Origin: Eledone cirrhosa
Taxonomy: Eukaryota
Direction: 5' to 3'
DNA: 64,000 nucleotides
Assembly (NCBI GenBank): GCA_964016885.1
Contig: OZ024740.1
Span: 306,156,001 to 306,220,000, forward strand
Of the stretch, positions 37,501 to 52,225 are shown in pieces. The position numbers and the translations under genes are program-made. The notes under the pieces were generated by a model. That model did no database searches, had not been told where the DNA came from, and saw only the letters and a program-made list of their open reading frames with translations. Numbering within the stretch: the stretch's first letter is position 1; each line of letters opens with the position of its first letter.

Positions 37501-40500
37501 ACTGCTAGAAAGGGTTAGACAAGTTGACAAAGTCCTAGTGGGAACCCAACTGGAGTTGACCTCTCAGATGAGCCAGGGTATGCGTCTGGTTCACACTTCC
37601 ACACCTTACAGACTGTACTGAGAGCGTTTTATCATAGCACCAACACTAGGGAGGTTGTCATGCCCTTGAAACAACTTAACTGTCCTCTCTCCCTCCCTCT
37701 CTCCCACTCTCCTCCTCCCTCTATTACACACTCACATCATATATACTCCTCTGTAAATCACACCTTATACATGAAATTATGATGCAAAAAAAAAAAATAA
37801 TAATAAAACGAAAAAAAAACAACAAAAAAACAAGCATGTGACTTCTCTACTGAACCTACAAATCAAATGGAAAATAGAAGTGCAATTTATATGTGTGTAT
37901 GTATGATGTATGTGTATATATATCATTTTTCAAAGTTTTTGTATGTGTTCACCCCCATCCTCACCAGCTTTCTTTTCTCTGCAGCTATCACCTGCTCTCA
38001 ACTACTACCAAAATGCTGAATATCTCTTACTGCCACTCTCCCATGCTATTATTACCACCTCTTACCTCTAATCACCTGTCTATGATATACATCTACCTCC
38101 ACATACATACTACACACACACACGCACACACACACACACACACATTCTTTCTCTCTTTCACTGGTTTTAGTCATTAACTCTTTCATGATCATATTTCAAA
38201 TGAAATACACTATTTTAACCCTTTAGCATTTACATTATAATTACTATTGAGTTCAAATCCCGCCGAGGTTAACTTTGCCTTTCATCCTTACGGGGTCGAT
38301 AAAATAAAGTACCAGTAATGTACTGGGTAATTGCTGGCCTTGTGCCTAAAGTAGAAACAATTATATTTACTATTGTGTTTTCGCATAATTATCTCACATA
38401 ATATCGAATCTATGAGATTTTGATATTATTTATTTTGAGAACAATACCTTAACATCAGTATGAGCAGCTGGTTTGAACAGAAAGAAGTGAGAGAATTCTG
38501 ACCAGACACGGCCAGTTTAAATGCTAAAGGGTTAATTAATTAATGAAGAATTTTGAGGGATTTACTAAAATTATCAATTATTTCATTACTAAGATATATA
38601 TAAAATTATGTTGAAAGATTTTAATCTGAAATAAAACCACCTATTTTAAAGGTTTCCAATTTATAGCACCAGAGCCAGTTCTGGCTAGGTTGGTAACTAA
38701 AGGGATAAACTGCAACCATGCTGCGGATCCACCTTCAATGGATTTAGTTGATAACAGCCCTAGTATTTATTTTTTCAAGTCTGGTACTTATTTTATTGTT
38801 CTCTTTTTGTTGAACAACACTATGTTATGGGACATAAAAACACACACACACACACACACACATGCAAATTATATCATCACCATCATATATTTATATATAT
38901 GGTGAGCATAAAGTCTTTCCACACTGAGCGTTTTGTTTCTTAGATGCCATTTTGTAACTGAAAATTACTACTTCCTCTAACAGAGAATATGTAAAACATG
39001 TTCAGAAATAACTTTAAACTTGAAATTTATAAATTAAAGCAATTAAGCAAATAGTATTTGAGATATGGTATTTTATAATCAGAGAAAGACTTTATGCTCA
39101 CCCTGTATATGTATAAATAAATATATACACACACACACACACACACACTTGCGGGTTCTAAATAATAGGGTGGGTTGGAATAAGTGGCGGGGAGGGGGGA
39201 GGGGGGTCGGTAATTTTTCTAGGTTGTCTCCATTGATTTATAAAAAAAAAAAAACAGAAATTAGTCGATTAGTTTACATATCGAGACCCCCAACCACTCC
39301 TATTTTATAACGTATGGGATTTCTTGCAATGTTCTTTTTTTGTCATGTATAATGTTTTTAATATCTAAAGAAAATTATCACAGGAATGCTACCACTTAAA
39401 ATAAAATTTTGGCCGAGATAGATTAGCATGGGTGGGGGGGTATGAATATTTGAGACTCGTGAGTAATCATTATCACTAAATTGTCCCTTTACGATCTGAG
39501 TTCAAATCCCGCCGAGGTTGACTTTGCCTTTCATCCTTACGGGGTCGATAAAATAAAGTACCAGTAATGCACTGGGTAATTGCTGGCCTTGTGCCTAAAG
39601 TAGAAACAATTATCACTAAATTGACATAAATATGAGCCATTAGTAAAATCATTGTTTTCATATGAGTATAGATGACAGTGTTACTTAGTTATTAAAGCAG
39701 TTATATATATTTAAATCAATTCATTTTCTTTACAATTTCTAAGAACATGAGTGTCAGTAGCCTATTGTAAGGTTCCAAGGAATTGTTAATATAGTTTTAA
39801 ATGTTCACCACTGTTACTACAGTAGGGGAAGCTAAGTAACACTGTGTCATCATCATCATCATTTTACGTCCGCTTTTCCCTGCTTGCAAGGGTGGGACGG
39901 GAACTGATTCTGGCTTGATTTCTACAGCTGGATGCCCTTCCTAACACCAATCTCATATACAGTGAGTGCTGGGTGCTTTTTTGCCGTGGCACCTACACGA
40001 CCACTTTGCAGTGGAATGATAGGGGCCCCAGTCCCTATCATCTCATTTCTACAGCTGAGTAAACTGGAGCAATGTGAAATAAAGTGTCTTGCTCAAGGAA
40101 ACAACACATCACCAGGTCTGAGAATTGAACTCACAACCTATCGATTGCAAGGCCAATGCTCTAACCACTAAGCCAAGTGCCTCCATTGTGTATTAATCCA
40201 TTTGATATCAACCTATTCAAAACCACCCATTTTGAAATGTTTTTCTTTAAATACAAACCTTCCAACATAATTTTACTTTTGTTAAATTACTGTCCACATG
40301 GGTCCCCATTTGCTCATAATAGTGAGAGATGGAGAAAGCAGGAGAGACAGAGGCAGTAACAGTGGGAGTTTAGTTCCTTTGTGTTCAGACCTGGTGTATA
40401 TGTTTCACAGACACACACACACACACTGTTAAATACCATCTTAAAATAATAATTGTTTATACTTTTTAGCAATTACTCAGTGCATTACTGGTACTTTATT

Positions 40501-42850
40501 TTATCGACCCCGTAAGGATGAAAGGCCAAGTTAACCTCAGCGGGATTTGAACTCAGAATGGCAAGGGCCGTAACTCAATGTGTCAAAGCATGGCGTCCGA
40601 CCTTCTACCAATACTGCCAATCCACCATAATAATATTATTAAATCCCTTCAAATTCACCAATATCTATTTCAAACACTGTATTTCCTTAGAAAGGTTTAA
40701 CACACCCACTCAACCATGGCAAAATGAAAGGATTTAAAATAACAGACTGTCAAATTCAAGGATGGAAAACTACTGAAACTGTCTGTAATACTCATGATAT
40801 CATGAACAATATATTCTAAATATCAACCACTTACTAATCAGAATTGATATTGAGGTCAATACCTTAGTAGTGACTACAAGTTTCAATAATAATCTCACGC
40901 AACAAGGCAAAAGATATTGTAAAAATAAATCTCAACATATTGCTTTAATCCTTTAGCATTTACATTACTTTATATATACTATTGTATTTTCATGGTAAAG
41001 GCTTTATCTCACATAATATTGAATCTACGAGTTTTTGATATTATATATTTTGAGAACAATACCGTAACATCACTATGAGTGGCCAGTTACAGATGGTTTG
41101 AACAGAAATAGGCGAGAACATTCTGGCCGGATATGTCCAGTTTGAATGCTAAAGGGTTAACATTTAAACCCACCATATATGGCCAAAATTCTCTCACCTC
41201 TTTTTGTTCAAACCAGCCATTACTGGTCACTCATACTGATGTTAAGGTATTGTTCTCAAAATAAACAATGCCATTAAAATCTCGGTAGACTCAAGATAAA
41301 GCCTTCACCATGAAAATACAATATAGAGTAATTTAAATGTTAATGGGTTAAAATGATGAAAGACAAAATTGATCCCATCAGAATTTAAACTGATAACACT
41401 GCTCTCATTATTTAAATGTTTCTTATATTGGTATAGAAAGTTACAGACATACATAAACAGACACTTCTATGGTACAAGAATGGATAAGATATGAATGTTC
41501 TGGGGTCATCAGGTGTCAAAATCGTTTCTTTTTAAACTTTGCTATTAGGTTGCAAAAGGAGCTGCACACCAGACATTTACAAGAGAAATTAGCTGATATC
41601 AATTCCTCAACCTTTAGTGGTCAATAAGTGAGCCATGAAGGGTCAGGTCAATAGGATACAAGGCAGTGTGTCCATAGTTCCTCTTTAACATTTTCCACCA
41701 ATACTGCCAACATCACCACCTCTACCATTCTAGATTGAACTTCAAAGTGTAGAATATATTTTACAGCCATGAAAGATTCAAATATATTTTAACATAACTG
41801 AGTTTGCTCTTTTGATATTCACAAATAAGAGTCACAACAAAAAGCACCAAGCACACACTGTAAATGTGGTTGGCATTAGGAAGGGCATCCGGTCATACAA
41901 ACCAAGCCAGAAACAGTTCTGTATGAGCAAAACATGATCACCGGACTCAACTTACCTCAAATGGGACAACCAGTCTAACCCATGCTGGCATGGAAAATGG
42001 ATGTTAAATTGTGATGATGATGACAATATTACAGACATGTGGCTAGAATGCCTCAGGAAAGAATTGCTGGACAGATTTTATGGGTAAAACTAACTGGCAG
42101 GAGATCCAGGTGCAGACCCCGAACAAGATGGTTGGATAACATCCATGAGCTCAGCTGGTCTTGCAGTTGGAAACAGTTACTTCTGACAAGACCCTCCCAG
42201 GAATAAATAGGCGAATAAGAAGAAGGAACACTATTAACTAGCCTATATTGTTTCCTTTAGGATGATACTATATCACTTTTAGGAAATTAATGACTAGCCC
42301 CTCATTTTTACCATCATTTCAAAACCTTAAATTTCATGTCTACGTGAAAAAAAAACAAAAAAAACTATCATTATCACAGCTGTTGGCTTCTTAGTTTGTA
42401 AACCGGTTTCTATTTTCTATTGAAAATACTTCACTTATGTTGAGAAAGACAATCATTAGAAAATGCATTCCCCTTCCCTCCTATGATAGATACATGATGC
42501 CATAGAATGGCAGTAATTTTTCAAGAAGTGTGATTGCCAAATGGATAAGATACTAGAACACCTACTCTAGGGCCCGAAATAATAGAGGTGGGACGGAATA
42601 AGCAGAAGGTTGGAAAACCGGTAATTTTTCTAGGTTGTCTCTGTTGAACTTTTTAAAAACCAGAATTAGTCACTTAGTTTACATATTGAGATTCCAACCC
42701 AACCTATTTATTTTATAACGTATGGCACTTCATTTGTTATGTATAAAGAAAATTAATTGTCGCAGGAATGTTACTACTTGATATACAATTTCACCGGAGA
42801 CAGATTAGTAAAATTTAATAAGGGTTGGAAAAAATCTGAAAAATTAAGCG

Positions 42851-42883
<33 letters not shown>

Positions 42884-44467
42884 GGGGGCAATTATTCGAG
42901 ACCCAAGAGTACTTAAAGATTCTAGGATGAAATCCTGAAATCCACTGTTCATGTTTTGTTGCTTTTCTGGGTAAAATCCTTTATTCTAAGCAACCTTAGT
43001 TCATTTAGCAACCAATAGGTAATAGGTACCAGGTTGTCTGGGAAAGTTAGCTGTAAGAGACTAGAGTCCTATCCTAGGGAAGGTATATTTCATCTGCTTT
43101 CCACCATTTGACTGTTAGTTCAGAGGTGAGTGATAAAGAAGACAAAGTTAGAGAAAAAAATGACAATCCTGAGAGAGAGAGAGCGAGAGATACAAAGAGA
43201 GAAAGAGGAGGAGGAGGAGAGAGTGAGATAGAAATAAAGACAACCATAATCATGGGTTCAAAACAGGATGTTTTTCAGCTTTGACTGAAAAACAATTTGG
43301 AGAATGAGTAATAATAAATAAACAAACAGACAAAAAGAAAAAAGCAAAAGAGAATTTATAGCATTAGTGAGAAGAGCATACCAGAGAATGGCATACCAAA
43401 GTGGCATCCTGTGCTGATTTAGTTTCACATCTTCCTCTAGAATATCTGCAGTTTGCTATCAATGAAGTTAATGAGGTCCTGTTACTGCTTTTTCCTATGA
43501 ACTGGGCTTTTGAGCAGACATTCAAGTAAATATGTGTGACTGAAATTTCAATAGTCAGTCAGTCTGCCAGTCATGAAAGACATACTAGCAGCTTGTGAGG
43601 CTTCCCATAGCCTAATATATGCAGTATGGCCTAATGGCTAAGGAGTTAGTTTGCTTCACAATCACTAAGTCCTGGGATCAAACCTACTGTGTAGCATTTA
43701 CTAGGTTGACCAATGCCTTGTGAATGAAATTGGAAAACCTGTAGGATTGTTTGTACCTGTAATTCACACACTGTGTCTTGTTGAATCTCCTTAAGAATTA
43801 CATTAAGGGTACTTGTGTCTGTGGAATGCTCAGCCACTTACACAATTTCATGAGCCAGCTGTTCCATTGATCAGACAACTGGAACAAGTTGTCAAAACCA
43901 ACAGGAGCCCATCCTAGTCTAATATAAGGCAGTGATATATCTATTGTAATGATCCAAGAGTTATCAATTAAAATTCCACCTGAGAGGAGGAGAATAAATT
44001 GTTATAATTCTGTTCAAGAAAGGTAGGGGATTAAAATTCATTAAAAATGAAATGTGAGCAATATAGTACAGAGTATAGTTTAGTGATATATATATATATT
44101 CATCATCATTACCAACACCATCTTACATTTATTTTTCACGCTGACTGGCATGAGTTAGACATGTCATGTTCTGAGATATTTCAGATGACCACATCTGCTC
44201 ATTTTGTTATGGGTTCTACAACCAGATGCCCTTCCTAATGCCAACCACTTTACAGAACGTACTGGGTACATTTTAACATGGCACTAGCACTGCCACTTTA
44301 CAACACTAGAGTGATCATTGTTTCGTCTGCCAAAATATAACTGACAGTGGATTTTGTAAGACATTTCAAACTTTTTTCCAACAAGCAGGATATTGACAGT
44401 TGGTCGGTTAAGATATATTCAGGACAAGGAAAAGTATCTCTCTCATATATATATATATTATAGTGTG

Positions 44468-44527
<60 letters not shown>

Positions 44528-47500
44528 TGGCAATGGTTTCCTCTCTCAACAGCACCTTACCACTACCAACGTTAACTGATCACAAATATCAATAAAGGGG
44601 CAATGTAAAATGAAATACTTGGGTCAAGACTCAAGTATTTGAATTATTATTTTTGTACTATAGATCTATACAATCAAAATTGGTTGAAAACTATCTCCCC
44701 TCACCTCCACACTACACATACACAATTCTAAAATAAATAAATGCAGTTAACAAATGGTCTGAACCAAATGTAACCTTTATTTACCAGATATTAAAGAAAA
44801 CACTATAACAGAGTGTGGTGACCCTGACATATCATTGTCATTTGAGAAGAGTTGTTACATAAAATATAGGCTAACAGCAGGGAGAACTTGTGTAGACAGG
44901 CATCACTTTACACACAATAAAAACAGTAAATTCATTCACAACAAACTGGCAGTCAATAAATAAACAAATACATGCTAATTTGGGAGATTATATATTCTTT
45001 ACAGTGATTCAGGCATCTAGGACAATGTTCCTTATTCATTTGTTTTGATTTGAACACTGATAAAATAGGGGTAGGCTGTAATGGAAAAGATTTTAGGGGA
45101 ATCTGAGAACAAGATCCTGTCACTGAATCCAGTCTGTGTTAAACAAACAAGTCTTGCCTTCAAAATTTTGTGGACCACCATTCATGCCTTTGGGGACTAT
45201 TTTAGAAGAATTTACTTTAGTTTGGGTTTTGGTAGTTAAACAACAACATACCCCAATGAATTGATACACTCAGAATTTGAGAAAAAAAAAAAAAAGCATC
45301 TTTCCCCACCACATCCATATATACATTCAATTCATTTCACAGCTCAGTCTGTCAATGCCATTTGCCCTGGATTTCATTATTGAGAAATGTTAACTTGTGG
45401 ATAAGGTTGTGAAGAGATCTGAGAATTTCGAAGATTTCCAATGGATCAAAACTGAGTGGATTTAGAACATGCATTGTTACCTTCACCTATATACACAACA
45501 CTGAAATGGTAGTGAGAGAACATATTTTCAGTTAGAGACGTGTGTGTGGTCATATCATGTGTATACATGCATGCATGTACTATTGTGTATGCATGCATTT
45601 GTGTCTGATCTGGTCTCTTCGAATCCAATGATGGTTGGGTACTAAGGACAATTGCACCAATGTTCTCTACTGACCCCTATTCCTTGCCATGACTATGTAC
45701 TGACCCTACATTCTCCCAGTCCAATTTTTGATGTTATCAGTCCAGTGTCACATTTGTTTTTCTATTGGCCTTTTGACATTGATGCATCCCTCCAGGATGT
45801 GGGTGCACAGGTTCTGGGTCTTGATGACATGACCAAAATATTGCAGCTTTTGCTTCCTTATGGTCGTAGCCAACTGCCTCTCTGTTCCCATCTTCTCCAT
45901 AACCATCTCATGAGCTTTATGGACTGTCCAGCTGATGAGCAGTGCCTGCCTGTACATGTACTTTATTATAATACTATGTGTATATGTGTGTGAGTGTGCA
46001 TGCAAATACATACACATTTGAATGAATGTGTGTACTCTTGTGTTTTTATGCATGTGAACAAAACCTTTTCAGTACTTACAGATAGATTATGAACATTTAA
46101 AAAAAAAAGTCAAATAAAATAAAATAAATATGCAAACATTGCAGAGAAGAACTGTAGGGGAAGGAGTAAAATAACTTCTAAGAAAAAAAATCATAAAAAA
46201 AAGATACCAACAATGATAATATCAACAACAATAACCCAGTTTCATTTAATGTTTGAGTGAAAAGGAAGTTGGCAAAGAGATGAAAAGGTTAACATCTGAC
46301 ACAGATAGGATATGAGAAGGAATCGGTCAACTTGAGGAAACAGAGATTAAATGTCATATAATACTGTTTTTGATTTTTTTTTGTTTTGTTTCATTAAAAA
46401 AAAAAAGATTCCCTCACTTTCATCAATTTATTCATTGCTATGTGAGATAATTCAGACAGTGTTCTGTTAAACCACTGAACCTCACATTAAATCTGCTAGT
46501 TTAGAAAAATTCACTATCCAAGATGTCCCATAGTTTTATTTATCTTTTTTTTTTTCGTTCTACTGCTCCCAAATAAGTAGAATAAGAGATGTTCAGCAGA
46601 TATTGCAATGTCTATGGGGTCCCACTCCATTACCATGTGTTCTGAATTTAAAAAATGCAAGAGCAAGTTCAGTGTCCCAAAGAACAATTCTTGACTTAAA
46701 GCAAACACTTCTCCCTTCTCTTTTCTTTCATTAAATATGAAAGGATAAGGTTTTTAAAAATAGAAAGCTGTGTAGCAGTGACTTTGATGTCTTCCCAATG
46801 CTATTTGTGACATCACAAGGGAAATGGTTACAACCCAATCTACAAAATAAGCCACAGTAGGGGTCTATATCTAATTTACACTAATTCCCAACAATAGTAG
46901 CAATTTTTAACTTATGTCATGGCTCCAAATTTCAAAAGAGTGTTTGACTGGTGTTTATTTTACTGACCCTAGAAGAAAGGTAAAACTGACCCACATCTCA
47001 AAAGGGTTTGAACTTGGACTGGAAAGGGACTAATTACTGTTAGGTATTTTTCCTAGCCTACTACTGATTCTACCACCCATTGCCTTCTTAATAATCATTA
47101 TTTTGGCAGTATCGGTAGAGGGTCGGACGCCATGCTTTCCAGCATAGTTACATCCCTTTACGATCTGAGTTCAAATCCCGCTGAGGTTGACTTTGCCTTT
47201 CATCCTTCCGGGGTCGATAAAATAAAGTACCAGTAATGCACTGGGTAATTGCTGGCCTTGTACCTAACGTAGAAACAATTATTTCTAACAGCCAGAAATT
47301 TTGAGACAGAGGAAACAGTTGATTAAATCAATCTTGCTGACTGACTGGTATTTGTTCTATCTATTCCTGAATGATAAAAGGCAAAGTTGATTTTCACATG
47401 ATTTGATCAGAGTAATATGAAAAGGCATAAATATGACAATGTTTTTTTTTTATGGTGTTTTTTGCCTATTTACCAATTCTGCCGAATACAGTGTTATTAA

Positions 47501-49570
47501 TAATATCAAATAATGGTTTCTGATTTAGGCACAAGGCCAACAATTTTTTTTTGGGGGGGGGGGGTCAATTAAATAGACCCCTGTAAGGATGAAAGGCAAA
47601 GCTAAGGGCTGTAACTCTGCCACAAAGCCTGTTGTCCAACACTCTACCAATATCGCCAATCCATCACCCAAATAATAATAATAATTTCTAAATTTGGCAA
47701 AGATCACATTTGATGTTAAGGTGGCAATTATATCAAACTCAATACTTAATTAGTTTATGATTTATTTTCACTAAGGTTCGTACAGATTACATTGCGTATG
47801 TCTTCGTTAGGTCTTCTCTTCCATAGCTCCCTTCCTCTTGAATCTCTTAATTGTATTCACTCTTCTGTAGCTACCTTCTGAATCTCTTGACTGCCTTTCT
47901 TTTGCACACTACATCTGATTCCTCTCAGACACATTTATTTTCTCATATTATTAGTGCTTTGTCATTCTGGCAAAGCACACTCATTTCATTTCTTTCTGGA
48001 TTTAAGGCCTATGTTTTGCTGCCATGCAGCATTTCATTTCATTTACAAGCACCATACAAGCTACCCTTCACACAAAGAGAGAATCCTTTTGCTGCCAGCT
48101 AAGGTACTGAACAATATCCACTGTTCTGAAAATGGGAACACAACTAATTTACTAATTAGGTCATCTAGATAATAAAAGATATCAACTACTTCTATGGAGC
48201 CTTCCAAGCTTTTTAAAAATTATTTCACATATGCTATTACTGCTAGCAATGCCTGTATCTGCCACATACAAAGATTTCCTTCACAGACAGCCTATCTGTG
48301 ATTTCACTACCCATCTTGTGCACCAATAGTTTATATTAGGTACATTATATGGAAAGCCTACCTACTACTATTTCTGCAAAACAAGCATGGTCACTAGTTA
48401 GATGGCAGTTGATTCCTGTCTTTTTTCCAGCTTAAAACGTTTGTCTTCGCTAGATTTACTTTGTAGTCTCTTGATTTTAGACATGCCATTCACAAGTGGA
48501 ATTTTTTCCCTAAGTCTTTGACAAATTCAGCTATAAAAACTGTTGTCATTAGTATACAGGACTTACCATGGAGAGCTAATAATGAAATTGTATGGTATGG
48601 AGAACTATAATTATCAAGAAGGGATAAAAACCAAACCCTGCTGGACACATACTGCGAGCTAAATTCCCTAATGAACTCATTACCAACTCTCACCTTGCAG
48701 GCAGCACCTCTGTACATGGTTGTACAGCTCTCACAAGACCTTCACCTAGTTTTCTTAGTGACCAACAGAAAACAGAACAGGGAATCCCATCAAAAGCTGT
48801 CTGTAGATGGACAAATGTTAGGTACAGTGGCTTATTCTTAGCTGCAGTTACCTCACTAGAAAGGGAGCAGCAATTATACTCTGTCCTGGCACAAAACTGA
48901 AACTATCATAAATATCTAGAAATATATGGCTAAAGTACGAAAAGGTGAATCTTAGACACACAAAAAATAAATTGATTATGTGATGAAAGAAGTTTAAGAC
49001 CTTCATGTAAATTGTTATCTCATATGCAGTCCCAATTCCCCTCATCTTTTTACACAACACTACACTCTTTAATTCAAATTATTTACCCAAGAAATCTCAA
49101 CAGCTGTAACCATTTTTCAAACCAAACAGCTGTCCCAGAGTTTGAACATTAGCAATATCAGATTTGACTGTTATCTATGGAGTTGTACCACTTGGATTCC
49201 AATGAGAGAGGTTAGGCTAAGTAGAGAGTATAAAAGAAAAGAGGTGGGGATTTCCACAGATCAGCAGAAGGGGAGACCTGAGGTCACCTTAGCAGGAATC
49301 TAAAGAATGTTTTCAGTTGTTTTCTTCATACTTAAAGCTACTGTTGTATTCCTATCTTCTCTTATCTCACTCATACAACATATTGACCTGTTAACTATCA
49401 TTCCACACTGACAATGAACAAACATACATTACACACACTCACACACACAAATACAGGCATGCATACATAGGCACACTTCTATAGTTCCAAATACAAATAT
49501 TCATAAACTATAAACAGTTTTATATATATGTTTGTTTACGTAATTATATATATATATATATATATATATA

Positions 49571-50283
49571 ACTGAACAAAAAGGAAAAACGAACACAGAC
49601 ATATATATATGTGTTCAAATCGTAATGCACCAAAATGGCTAAGGTGAAAAAAAAAAAAATACTAACTACAGACAATAGGGTTTGCTAGACTCAATTTAAG
49701 AATAAATTAAGAAAAATAAATACAAACCAGTATTGTGGTAACTACCATCACCCAGGCGGTCTTTGATAGAACCGTTTCGCAATATTATTTGTGAAGAGAT
49801 ATACCAAATTCCAGGCTCATCAGTGGGTGATGAAAATGTGTGTATATATATAATGCACATGGTTCCCAAACTTAGCGTGTCGCGCATATTTACGCCACTA
49901 AAAATAGCAGCCGGGTCTACACGACATTTGAAATAGCTCTACGAATTAACAGAGCCGAATATATCAAAAGCATGTATTGAGTTAGAAACTCAAAATAGTC
50001 TCATTACAGTAAATTAGCTCTAGGAAAAAGATTTTTCCGAGCCGTATATAACTGTATTTATTTTTCTTAATTTATTCTTAAATTGAGTCTAGCAAACCCT
50101 ATTGTCTGTAGTTAGTATTTTTTTCACCTTAGCGATTTTGGCCCATTACGTTTTGAACACATATATATATATATATGTCTGTGTTCGTTTTTCCTTTTTG
50201 TTCAGTTATATACGGCTCGGAAAAATCTTTTTCCTAGAGTTAATTTACTGTAATGAGACTATTTCTAACTCAATACATGCTTT

Positions 50284-50290
<7 letters not shown>
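49571..50290 (-). mobile_element. Fold-back hammerhead element (480-nt unit plus inverted partial copy) within (TA)n
   Basis: 49571-49724 inverted at 50053-50206; 49962-50054 inverted at 50203-50290; hammerhead at 49746-49832. Confidence 0.85.
49746..49832 (-). ncRNA. Type I hammerhead motif with U16.1>C change (probably inactive)
   Basis: 9-bp stem I CAUCACCCA/UGGGUGAUG, CUGAUGA-GC...GC-GAAA, stem III CGGU/ACCG, triplet GCC instead of GUC. Confidence 0.8.
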
Positions 50291-50320
<30 letters not shown>

Positions 50321-50327
<7 letters not shown>

Positions 50328-52093
50328 GTAAAGGCGATGCACTAGATAGAGGAAACTATAGAGGTATAAAGTTGATGGACCAGGTCATGAAAGTAACAGA
50401 AAGAGTTATAGCACAGCTGATTAGGGACCGGGTGAAAATAGACGAGATGCAATTTGGGTTTGTACCAGGGAAAGGCACCACTGATGCCCTCTTCCTTGTG
50501 AGGCAATTACAGAAAAAGTACCTAGCTAAAAGTAAGCCACTCTACTTGGCATTTGTCGACCTTGAGAAAGCCTTTGACAGAGTTCCACGCGCTGTAATCT
50601 GGTGGGCTCTTAGAAAACTAGGAGTAGATGAATGGCTTGTGAAAGCGGTACAAGCCATGTATAGGGGAGCAGTCAGCAAAGTTAGGATTAGCAATGAGTA
50701 TAGCGAGGAATTTAGCGTACAGGTTGGGGTCCACCAGGGCTCTGTTCTTAGCCCTCTCCTGTTCATCATAGTCCTGCAGGCAATAACGGAGGAGTTTAAG
50801 ACCGGATGCCCATGGGAACTCCTGTATGCTGATGACCTCGCACTCATAGCTGAATCTATGGTAGAACTAGAGAATAAATTCCAAACCTGGAAGCAGGGAC
50901 TAGAAAGAAAGGGTCTCAAAGTCAACATGACAAAGACTAAGGTCCTTGTAAGTAGACGAGAAAACAGAACCCAGATCCCCTCAGGGAAATGGCCTTGCTC
51001 AGTATGTAGGAAAGGTGTAGGTAGGAACTCCATTCTCTGCCCCAAATGCAAACAATGGGTACACAAGAGATGTAGCGGGATCTCAGGAAGCTTAATTAAG
51101 AATGTAGGATTCACATGCAGCAGCTGTGCTGAGACAGCAAACAGCAAACAGCCACAGGAAACAAGTACCACCAATCTCTGGGAGGGCCCTGTAGAAACAG
51201 TTGACAGCTTCTGCTACCTAGGTGACTGAATTAGCAATGGAGGTGGGTGTTCAGAAAGTGCAATAACTAGGGTAAGAACGGGATGGAAGAAGTTTAGGGA
51301 ACTACTACCACTGCTAGCTGCAAAAGGCTTCTCCCTCAGAATGAAAGGCAGACTGTATGATGCGTGTATCCGAACAGCGATGTTGCATGGTAGCGAGACC
51401 TGGGCGCTGAAGGTGGAAGACTTACGTAGATTAGAGAGAAACGAAGCCTGCATGCTCCGATGGATGTGTAACAATAATATATGTGAACGACAAAGCATAA
51501 ATGAATTGAGAGAGAGACTGAGCATAAGAGGAATCAAATGCTGTGTGCAGGAGAGGCGATTGCGCTGGTATGGACATGTGATGCGTATGAAGGATGATAG
51601 CTGCATAAAAAGGTGCAGAGCACTAGAAGTTGATGGAAACCGCAGAGTGGGGAGACCCAAGATGACCTGGGATGAGGTGATAAAAGCCGACCTTATCCAA
51701 TTACACCTCTCAAAGACAATGACACACGACCGTGACTTCTGGCGTCACGCAGTAATACAGAGTACCCGACCTCCCATGGGTACAAGCTGAAGCATATAGA
51801 CAATATGCCCCCACGCCCCCCACCGCAAGGTGGTCGTGGAGGTGCCACGGCAAAAAAGCACCCAGCCCACACTGTAAAGTGGACGTGTAGGCGCCACGAA
51901 AAAGCACCCAGCACTCACTGTAAATGAGGTTGGTGTTAGGAAGGGCATCCAGCTGTAGAAACCAAGCCAAATCAGTTCCTGTATGAGCAAGGCATGGTCA
52001 GCCGACCAGACACTGCCCACAACAGGACAACCCGTCTAACCCATGCTAGCGTGGAAGAACGGACGTAAAACGGTGATGATGATGATGATGATG
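50321..52093 (+). mobile_element. 5'-truncated RTE-clade LINE, young copy: RT domain, internal PHD-type finger, one in-frame TGA, 3' UTR with (GAT)n tail
   Basis: KGKGDALDRGNYRGIKL, FVDLEKAFD, GVHQGSVLSPLLF, LLYADD; ORFs 50102-51229 and 51341-51790 share a frame, split only by TGA at 51227-51229. Confidence 0.97.
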
Positions 52094-52225
52094 ATATATA
52101 TGCAAAAGTTTTATTTAAAATTGTTGGGTTACAACAAGTAAATATTTTATACAGACAGCTTCCTAATTTAATGGTCGCTTATAATATGGTACGTCAAAAT
52201 TATTTATAAAACTGTTTATATATTG

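Noticed and set aside
50102-50320. Hydrophobic N-terminus of the 375-aa ORF
   Set aside because: Read-through of the fold-back element and (TA)n into a 5'-truncated RT; not a real protein start.
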